Assembly (NCBI GenBank): GCA_964600365.1
Contig: CAZRJG010000001.1
Coordinates: 35,435-99,434, forward strand
DNA length: 64,000 bases
Direction of reading: 5' to 3'
DNA from: an uncultured Acidimicrobiia bacterium
Lineage (GTDB): Bacteria; Actinomycetota; Acidimicrobiia; Spongiisociales; JAENVV01
Position 1 is the stretch's first letter, and each line of letters opens with the position of its first letter. Under the pieces are notes generated by a model, which was given only the letters and a program-made list of their open reading frames with translations, had not been told where the DNA came from and did not search any database. The translations under genes and the position numbers were made by a program. Below, in pieces: positions 57,534-64,000 of this stretch.

Positions 57534-58781
57534 TCAGTCGGTGTCGTGGGTGGGACGGTAGGCGGGCAACTCAGGGAGCCATCTCGCGATGGCGAGGATG
57601 CCGAGGATGCACATCACACCCCCGGAGAAGAGGGACATCTGGGGCGAACTGAACGATGCAACGGCCCCTGCACGGAAGTCGCCGATCCGAGGACCGCCAG
57701 CGACCACGCCGACGTGGATCGCGGAGAGCCGCCCCCGCAGCTCGTCGGGTACGGCCGCTTGGAGCAAGGTGGTTCGGAAGACCGCTGATGCAACGTCGGC
57801 AGCGCCCGCAACGGCGAGGAACACAACCATCATCCACAGCGACGAGCCGAGGCCGACCGCGGCGATCGCCGCACCCCAGGTCGCGATCGAGATGATGATC
57901 ACTCTGCCTTGGCGCTTCACCGCGCCGACCCACCCCGAGGTGACCGCCGCAACGAGCGCACCGGCTCCGGGCGCGGCGAAGAGGATGCCCACGGTCGTCG
58001 CATCCCCGCCGAGGACCGTCTCGCCGAGCGCGGGGAAGAGGGCCTGGGGGGCACCGAAGACCATCGCGTTGATGTCCGCGAGGAAGTTCGCCTGGAGGAG
58101 CCGCCGATCCTTGAGGAAGGAGAAACCCTCCTTGATCGAGTCGACCCCGAAGCGCCGGCCACCCCCCTCCGGGACGAGCGTCGGCAGTCGGAACAGTGCG
58201 ATGGCGCTGAGGCAGAACAGAACGGCCTCTGCGGCGAAGCTGATCGTGAGGCCAGCCTGGGCGATGAGCAGCCCGCCGATCGCAGGTCCCGCCGTCTTGG
58301 CGATGTTGAAGAGCGTCTGGATGATGGCGAAGGCCTGCGCGAGGTGCCGCTCGCCCACGAGCACCGGGATCGAGGCGGATCGCGAGGGATTGTCGATCGC
58401 CGAGATCCCCGCGTTGAGACCAGCGAGCACGAAGACGAGCCACACCCTTGGTTCGTCGAGGGCCGCGTTGAGAGCGAGGCCAGTCGCCGTGGCGGCGAGC
58501 AGCATTTGGGTGAGGAGGAGCAGGCGCCGCCGATCCACAGAGTCGACGATCGCTCCACCGATCACCGACGTGAGGAGGAGGGGGACCAGTTGCGCAATCC
58601 CGAGGGCACCGACGAGCAGGGTGGAACCGGTGAGTTGGTACACCTGATACGGGACGGCGACGATCGTGAACTGCCGTGCCGTCACCGAGAGCGTCATGCC
58701 CCCGAAGAGCCATCGGAAGCCTCGCGACGCCCGCAGGGGCGCCACGTCGACGAAGAACTGCCGACCGCTCCCTTCGCTCAT
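57534..58781 (-). CDS. MFS transporter
   Basis: 415 aa. Twelve TM helices. Confidence 0.8.
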   Translation of the reverse strand: MSEGSGRQFFVDVAPLRASRGFRWLFGGMTLSVTARQFTIVAVPYQVYQLTGSTLLVGALGIAQLVPLLLTSVIGGAIVDSVDRRRLLLLTQMLLAATATGLALNAALDEPRVWLVFVLAGLNAGISAIDNPSRSASIPVLVGERHLAQAFAIIQTLFNIAKTAGPAIGGLLIAQAGLTISFAAEAVLFCLSAIALFRLPTLVPEGGGRRFGVDSIKEGFSFLKDRRLLQANFLADINAMVFGAPQALFPALGETVLGGDATTVGILFAAPGAGALVAAVTSGWVGAVKRQGRVIIISIATWGAAIAAVGLGSSLWMMVVFLAVAGAADVASAVFRTTLLQAAVPDELRGRLSAIHVGVVAGGPRIGDFRAGAVASFSSPQMSLFSGGVMCILGILAIARWLPELPAYRPTHDTD

Positions 58782-58804
58782 CCCGCTGCCGACCTCCTTG
58801 GACC

Positions 58805-58818
58805 TGCAATCGTTTGGA
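58805..58818. promoter_or_regulatory. LacI-family operator-like site (TGCAATCGTTTGGA)
   Basis: 24 nt upstream of the MFS ATG 58781. Confidence 0.45.
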
Positions 58819-58849
58819 TCACCCTAGGAGGGTGGCGTCGAAGTTCCCG

Positions 58850-60187
58850 CTACCCCTTGTCGGAGGGTCGCAGCACGCATGCCGCCATGTGGTCCTGGCT
58901 GCGCTCGGAGAGGACGACCTCATCCACCTCTTCGAATCGGAGGTGGATCGACTGACCCTCGACCCGTGACTCGACGAGGGCCGAGCGCATTGCGGCAGGG
59001 ATCGCATCCCCGCCCAGTGCAGCGGCGAGCGCGCCCGCGCCAGCCTCGTCCTCGAATCGCAGCTCTGCCGCGAACGCAGACGACCGCTCGACACCCTCGA
59101 GGCCGTCGAGCACCCCGGTCACGTCCTGGAGTTGGAGGATGACGTCATCCACCTCCCAGCCGCAGACGGGCGTCGCAACGGGACAGCGGGTGTGGAAACG
59201 ACACCCCTGGGGGGGCCTCGCCGGGTCGGGGACGTTGCCCTCGAGCCCGTGGAAGCCCCCACCCGCATCGTCCACCTCGGGACTCGCAGCGAGGAGGGCG
59301 TCGGTGTAGGGATGCTCCGCCGCCTCGAAGAGCCGATCGGTGGGACCGGCCTCGGCCACCCGACCGAGGTACATGACGACGATACGGTCGGCCATGTGCC
59401 GCACGACCGAGAGGTCGTGGGTGATGAACAGGTAGGTGAGCCCGAGGTCTTGCTGCAGGTCGTGGAGCAGGTTGAGGATCTGGGCCTGCACGGAGACGTC
59501 GAGTGCACTCGTCGGTTCGTCGAGCACCACCAGGTCGGGGTCGAGCGCGAGGGCGCGGGCGATCGAGATGCGCTGGCGCTGCCCGCCGGAGAACTGGTGT
59601 GGATACCGGTAGAGGTGCTGTCGACCGAGTCCGACGCGCTCGAGGAGTTCGACCACCCGTTCGGTGAGGGCCGAACCCGACGCCTCCTTCTGGACCTGCA
59701 GGGGGCGGGCGACGACATCGCGGACGAGTTGGCGCGGGTTGAGGGACGCGAACGAGTCTTGGAACACCACCTGGCAGTTCCGACGGAACCTGCGCCACGC
59801 CTCCTTGTCGAGGGCGTCGACTCGATGGCTCGCGTCGATCCGAGCGAGTTCGGCCTGCTGCTCGGAGCTGCGCTCGGCGAGCCGCTCAAGCGCCTCGAGA
59901 CGGGCGCGGGTGGCCTCATCGAGCCCGAAGTACACACCGCCCGACGTGGGGTCGGTGAGCCCGGCGACGACGCGGCCCAGCGTGGTCTTGCCGCATCCCG
60001 ATTCGCCCACGAGGCCGAGGGTCTCTCCGCGTCGGATATCGAAGCTGACACCGTCGACTGCCTTCACATGGCCGGCGACCCTCTGGAGGGCGCCCTCCCT
60101 GATCGGGAAGTGCTTCTGGAGGTCCCGGACGCTGAGCAGCGTCACATCGGAGCGACCCTCCACTGGGGTGTGGTCGACGGCGGTCAC
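58850..60187 (-). CDS. ABC peptide-transporter ATP-binding protein (OppF/DppF-like) with roughly 120-aa C-terminal extension
   Basis: GTG 60187 (GTGA overlap with upstream ATPase). Walker [11 protein letters not shown]-terminal oligopeptide-type Cys motif. Unassigned tail after it. Confidence 0.8.
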   Translation of the reverse strand: MTAVDHTPVEGRSDVTLLSVRDLQKHFPIREGALQRVAGHVKAVDGVSFDIRRGETLGLVGESGCGKTTLGRVVAGLTDPTSGGVYFGLDEATRARLEALERLAERSSEQQAELARIDASHRVDALDKEAWRRFRRNCQVVFQDSFASLNPRQLVRDVVARPLQVQKEASGSALTERVVELLERVGLGRQHLYRYPHQFSGGQRQRISIARALALDPDLVVLDEPTSALDVSVQAQILNLLHDLQQDLGLTYLFITHDLSVVRHMADRIVVMYLGRVAEAGPTDRLFEAAEHPYTDALLAASPEVDDAGGGFHGLEGNVPDPARPPQGCRFHTRCPVATPVCGWEVDDVILQLQDVTGVLDGLEGVERSSAFAAELRFEDEAGAGALAAALGGDAIPAAMRSALVESRVEGQSIHLRFEEVDEVVLSERSQDHMAACVLRPSDKG

Positions 60188-61503
60188 GACGTCCTCCTCT
60201 CGAAGCTCGGCATGTCGGTGCCGTCGATGCCAGCGTGGTGGATGAAGCAGGCGACCTCGTGCTCGACAGGGCCGGTGAGGACCGGGTCGGTGCCGTGGCA
60301 CAGGTCGGTGGCGAAGCCGCACCGGGACGCGAAACGACATCCCGGCTCGGGGTCGATCAACTCGGGGACGGTCCCCTCGATGGCTGCAAGGGCGCCGCGC
60401 TCGTGCGACGCCGACGGGATCGCCCCGAGCAGGCCTCGGGTATACGGATGCTGCGGGTCGGCGAACAACTCGTCGGCCTCGCCGATCTCTGCGACCCGCC
60501 CGGCGTACATGACGGCCACGCGGTCACACACCCTGCGCACGAGCGAGAGGTCGTGGCTGATGTAGAGCACCGACGTCTTCGTTCGCTCCTGGAGGTCCCG
60601 AATGAGCTCGATGATCCGAGCCTGGACGGTGACGTCGAGGGCCGTGGTCGGCTCATCGGCGATGAGGAGGTCGGGGTTGCAGGCGAGCGCCTGGGCGATC
60701 ATGACCCGTTGTCGCATGCCGCCCGAGAGCTCGTGCGGGTAGCGGTCCATGACCTTCGCCGGATTGGGGATCTGGGTGTCGGCGAGGGCCTCCTCGACCA
60801 TTCCGTCGAGGCCCCGGTCCAACAGCTTCGCCTTGCCCCTGAGCGGCGGGAAGGCGAAGGCAATGCGCTCGAGGAACCGCGACCGGTAGCCGGCCCGACG
60901 TTCGAGCAGCCAGCGCACCGCTGAGGGCTCTCCGCTGAGGCCGGAACGCTCGATCAGCTCGCCCATCCGGTGCTCGACGAACACCTCTCCGATCTGGTCC
61001 CGTACCGATAGCGCCGGGTTGAGCGCCTTGCCGGGGTCCTGGAAGATCATCGCGATTCGGTTCCCGCGGATGTCGCGGATCTGCTTCTCGCCGAGCGAGA
61101 GCAAGTCGATCGTCTCCTCCCCCGTCCCCTCGCACACCCCGCAGCCCGCACCGCCGCAGGCAGGGCAGGCCATCGGGGTACGGCCGGTGTGGTCGCAGGT
61201 CGCGCACCCTTCGCCTTCGCAGGCGGCGCACGGGGCATGGGGTCGGAACAGGATCCGTCCTCCGACCTGGATGCCCGGCGGCATCGGCACGAGCCGGAGG
61301 AATGAACGTGCGGTGACGCTCTTCCCGCACCCGGTCTCCCCCACGAGGCCGAGGGTCTCACCGTCGCGGATGTCGAAACTCACCCCATCGACGGCGTGCA
61401 CCCGGCCCGCCTTGGATTGGAAGTGGACGCGGAGATCACGGACCTCGGCGATCAAGGACGCACGGACCGCACGGTCCTGGGAGGCCGTTCTGGGAGCGGT
61501 CAT
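60184..61503 (-). CDS. ABC peptide-transporter ATP-binding protein (OppD/DppD-like) with inserted DnaJ-type CxxCxGxG zinc-finger segment
   Basis: Walker A GETGCGKS. Insert [16 protein letters not shown]...[16 protein letters not shown]. Signature LSGGMRQR. Confidence 0.8.
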   Translation of the reverse strand: MTAPRTASQDRAVRASLIAEVRDLRVHFQSKAGRVHAVDGVSFDIRDGETLGLVGETGCGKSVTARSFLRLVPMPPGIQVGGRILFRPHAPCAACEGEGCATCDHTGRTPMACPACGGAGCGVCEGTGEETIDLLSLGEKQIRDIRGNRIAMIFQDPGKALNPALSVRDQIGEVFVEHRMGELIERSGLSGEPSAVRWLLERRAGYRSRFLERIAFAFPPLRGKAKLLDRGLDGMVEEALADTQIPNPAKVMDRYPHELSGGMRQRVMIAQALACNPDLLIADEPTTALDVTVQARIIELIRDLQERTKTSVLYISHDLSLVRRVCDRVAVMYAGRVAEIGEADELFADPQHPYTRGLLGAIPSASHERGALAAIEGTVPELIDPEPGCRFASRCGFATDLCHGTDPVLTGPVEHEVACFIHHAGIDGTDMPSFERRTS

Positions 61504-62426
61504 CGCGACTCCGTCCGTGGGTCGAGGACATCACGCAGGCCGTCGCCCACGAGGTTGAAGGCAAGCGCCCAGATGAAGACCATGAGCCCCGGGAAGGTGG
61601 AGGCCCACCAGCGGCCGGCCGAGATCCCCGATTGGCCCTGGGAGACGAGCACTCCCCACTCGGCGAGGCCGGCTTCGGCAAGGCCGATGAAGCTCAGCGT
61701 GGCACCCACGAGGACGATGTGGCCCATGTCGAGGGTTGCCTGCACGATGATCGGTGTGATGGAATTCGGGAGGATGTCCTTGAGGAAGATCCGGAACCTC
61801 GAGTCCCCGCTCACGCGGGCCGCGTCCACATACTCGTTCTCACGGATGTGGATCACCTGCGCCCGCATGATGCGGGCGTATTTCACCCAGAAAACCACCG
61901 CCAGGGCGAGGATGATGTTCCCGAACGACGGTCCGAGCACCGACGCGATGGCAAGGGCGAAGATCAGTTCCGGGATGGAGAGGAACACGTCCACCAGCCG
62001 CATGAGGAATTCGTCGACCTTCCCGCCGAGGAACCCGGCTGCGCTCCCGACGATGATGCCCACCACCACCGTGATCGACACGACGATGATCGAGAGCCGC
62101 AGCGAGGTCCGGGATCCCCACACGACGCCGTAGAAGACGTCACCACCCGTGTCGGTGGTGCCGAGGATGTGTCCCGGGGACCCTGGCGGTACGTTGAGGT
62201 TGCTCCAGTCGCGGGGCATCTGATAGGCGTCGGGCGTGTTCGGCGGCGCGATGAGCGGCGCGAAGAGCGCCATGGCGAGCATGCCCACGATGAGCACCAC
62301 ACCGAACACGGTGGTCGGGTTGGAGAGGACGTTCTTCGAGAGTTCGAGGAGTCGCCTCAGGCGAACCTGCAGCGCGGACTCCGGGGCCGGCACGGAGACG
62401 TTCTGCTCGTAGGAGATGCCGGCCAT
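61500..62426 (-). CDS. ABC peptide-transporter permease (OppC/DppC-like)
   Basis: 308 aa. Six TM helices. EAA loop. Confidence 0.85.
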   Translation of the reverse strand: MAGISYEQNVSVPAPESALQVRLRRLLELSKNVLSNPTTVFGVVLIVGMLAMALFAPLIAPPNTPDAYQMPRDWSNLNVPPGSPGHILGTTDTGGDVFYGVVWGSRTSLRLSIIVVSITVVVGIIVGSAAGFLGGKVDEFLMRLVDVFLSIPELIFALAIASVLGPSFGNIILALAVVFWVKYARIMRAQVIHIRENEYVDAARVSGDSRFRIFLKDILPNSITPIIVQATLDMGHIVLVGATLSFIGLAEAGLAEWGVLVSQGQSGISAGRWWASTFPGLMVFIWALAFNLVGDGLRDVLDPRTESR

Positions 62427-62427
62427 G

Positions 62428-63441
62428 TCAGGACCCCAGCACGACGCGTCGGTCGAGGTAGGCGTAGAACACGTCCACCACGAGGTTCACGAGCAGGAAG
62501 AGGACCGACGTGAACATCACGAACGCCATCATCGTGGCCTGGTCACCTCGGAGGACGGCCGAGGCCATCCACCTCCCGAGTCCCGGCCATTGGAAGATGA
62601 TCTCGGCCACGATGCTGCCCTGCAGCAGGAAGCCGAACGAAAGGCCGATCACGGTCACCGTCGGGATGAGTGCGTTGCGGCGTGCGTGGCGCTTGAGCAC
62701 GAGGCGTTCGGCGAGGCCCTTGGCCCTCGCGGCGTCCACATAGTCCTCCTGGAGTTCCTCCACGAGGCTGGAACGCATCATGCGGGCGATGATCGCCGTG
62801 GCCCCATAGCCCAGGGTGATCGCGGGGAGGGTGAGGTGCCAGAGGGCGTCCCGAAAGGCCTCGAAGTCGCCTGCGAGCAAGGCGTCGATGGTGTAGAGGC
62901 CGGTGGGATGGGCGATCCGACTGAAGAGATCGGCGTCGGACCGACCGATTGGGAACCACCCGAGGCCGACCCAGAAGATGATGAGCAGCAGGATCGCGAA
63001 CCAGAACAAGGGGAGGCTCGCCCCCGAGATCGAGAAGATACGGGCAAGGTGGTCGGGCCATCGGTTGCGCCGCGCGCCGGCGAAGGTGCCGAGCCCCAGG
63101 CCGAGGGTGACCGCCACGATGGCCGAGGCCACCGCCAACTCCATGGTCGCGGCGAGTTTCTTGGGGAAGACATCGGCGACGGGGGCAGCCGAGACACCGG
63201 ACCATCCGAAATCGCCTCGGACCACGCCCGACGCCCAGTAGTAGTACTGCACCGGGAGGGGGTCGTTGAGGTGGAAACGCTCGTAGACCTGCTCGACCTG
63301 TTCGGGACTCATCTCATGGCTGAGATAGATGCCAACCGGCGATCCTCCGATGCGAGTGAGCGCGAACACGACGATCGAGGTGCCGATCACGAGGATCGGC
63401 AGCACCATGAGTCGTCGCAGGACGTAGTCGCGGATCTGCAT
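62428..63441 (-). CDS. ABC peptide-transporter permease (OppB/DppB-like)
   Basis: 337 aa. Six TM helices. Confidence 0.85.
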   Translation of the reverse strand: MQIRDYVLRRLMVLPILVIGTSIVVFALTRIGGSPVGIYLSHEMSPEQVEQVYERFHLNDPLPVQYYYWASGVVRGDFGWSGVSAAPVADVFPKKLAATMELAVASAIVAVTLGLGLGTFAGARRNRWPDHLARIFSISGASLPLFWFAILLLIIFWVGLGWFPIGRSDADLFSRIAHPTGLYTIDALLAGDFEAFRDALWHLTLPAITLGYGATAIIARMMRSSLVEELQEDYVDAARAKGLAERLVLKRHARRNALIPTVTVIGLSFGFLLQGSIVAEIIFQWPGLGRWMASAVLRGDQATMMAFVMFTSVLFLLVNLVVDVFYAYLDRRVVLGS

Positions 63442-63471
63442 GCGGGTGGGTGCCCTCCTCGGTGTGGTCTT

Positions 63472-63508
63472 GTGAAGGGGGTGCCCACAGCGTGGGCACC
63501 CCCTTCAC
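63472..63508. other. intercistronic hairpin (17-bp perfect stem) between the substrate-binding-protein and permease genes
   Basis: gtgaagggggtgcccac-agc-gtgggcacccccttcac. Confidence 0.7.
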
Positions 63509-63520
63509 GGGTTGCTCGGC

Positions 63521-64000
63521 CTACTTGTCGAAGTACTGGAACTTGACGTTCGGGCGTGGCCAGAGCGGGTTGAGCACGAAGCCCTCCACCCACGAGCGGT
63601 GGGCGTTGGCGATGCCCTCCTGCGCTGCGATGAGCCACATGGGATCGTCGTAGAGCAGGTTCTGCAGCTCGCTGTAGAGCGCCGCCCGGGCCTCTTCGTC
63701 GAGCTCCTTCGCCGCATCGTCGATGAGCTGGGCGATCGTGTCCGGGTCCTCGTACACGGCCCGGTAGCCGTGGACCTCACCCCACTCGCCATCCGGATGC
63801 TGGTACGACTGCATGTAGGCGTCCGGATCGGCGAACGGGTCGGCGTTCTTCACCCACATGAGGTACGGCACCGGGTTCGAGGCGTGCGCCTCGTCGAAGA
63901 TCGCCTCGGCAACCGCTGCCACCCGGATGTTGAAGGCCGGGTTGAGGTCGGCCATTGAGTCCTTGAGGACGATGGCTGCGATCTCGAACAGGTTGTTGCC
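63521..64000 (-). CDS. ABC transporter substrate-binding protein family 5 (OppA/DppA-like). C-terminal part; N-terminus outside the window.
   Basis: Reading frame continues open to position 64000. SBP_bac_5 C-terminal motifs. Confidence 0.75.
   Translation of the reverse strand, partial: GNNLFEIAAIVLKDSMADLNPAFNIRVAAVAEAIFDEAHASNPVPYLMWVKNADPFADPDAYMQSYQHPDGEWGEVHGYRAVYEDPDTIAQLIDDAAKELDEEARAALYSELQNLLYDDPMWLIAAQEGIANAHRSWVEGFVLNPLWPRPNVKFQYFDK

Noticed and set aside
1-64000. CRISPR arrays, rRNA, IS elements, integrase or phage genes
   Set aside because: No regularly spaced direct repeats and no transposase-, integrase- or phage-like ORFs found on either strand.

Overview
High-GC (~70%) actinobacterial-type chromosome segment, densely coding on both strands. 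Markers: WhiB-family regulator, short-N-terminus sigma-70 factor, PspC-domain histidine kinase, F420/LLM-type oxidoreductase.

Layout:
- Left ~18 kb is housekeeping: sigma-70 factor (3' end off the window), RRM RNA-binding protein, DMT transporter, M24 peptidase, DUF1566 lipoprotein, tRNA-Val(TAC), acyl-CoA synthetase, WhiB, tal-pgi operon, a frameshifted acyl-CoA carboxylase beta gene, and a LiaFSR/PspC-like envelope-stress module.
- 18-59 kb is a catabolic/detox-type island. Roughly 45 genes: oxidoreductases, split UxaA-type dehydratase, creatininase-family, amidohydrolase_2, FAH-family, cupins, alpha/beta hydrolases, OsmC/CMD/NQO paralog pairs, two NitT/TauT ABC systems, and MFS/DMT transporters.
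- At least 12 copies of a LacI-family operator-like palindrome (consensus TGCAATCGATTGCA) lie 10-50 nt upstream of start codons across this island. One overlaps the start codon of the only LacI-family regulator gene. This implies one dense local regulon.
- Right end is an Opp/Dpp-type ABC peptide-transporter operon, with the substrate-binding-protein gene running off the window.

Standouts:
- A PrdB/GrdB-like ORF pair joined by a single in-frame TGA in a U-x-x-C context, with a hairpin 10 nt downstream. This is a candidate selenoprotein.
- A 27-bp direct repeat duplicating the 3' end of tRNA-Val, plus a 40-bp perfect palindrome.
- An E2-like lipoyl protein with a catalytically dead C-domain.
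- An OppD-like ATPase carrying a DnaJ-type zinc-finger insert.
- A G6/C6 hairpin cluster at 42.3 kb.

No rRNA, CRISPR array, transposase or integrase was found. Many long antisense ORFs in the track are GC-frame artifacts.
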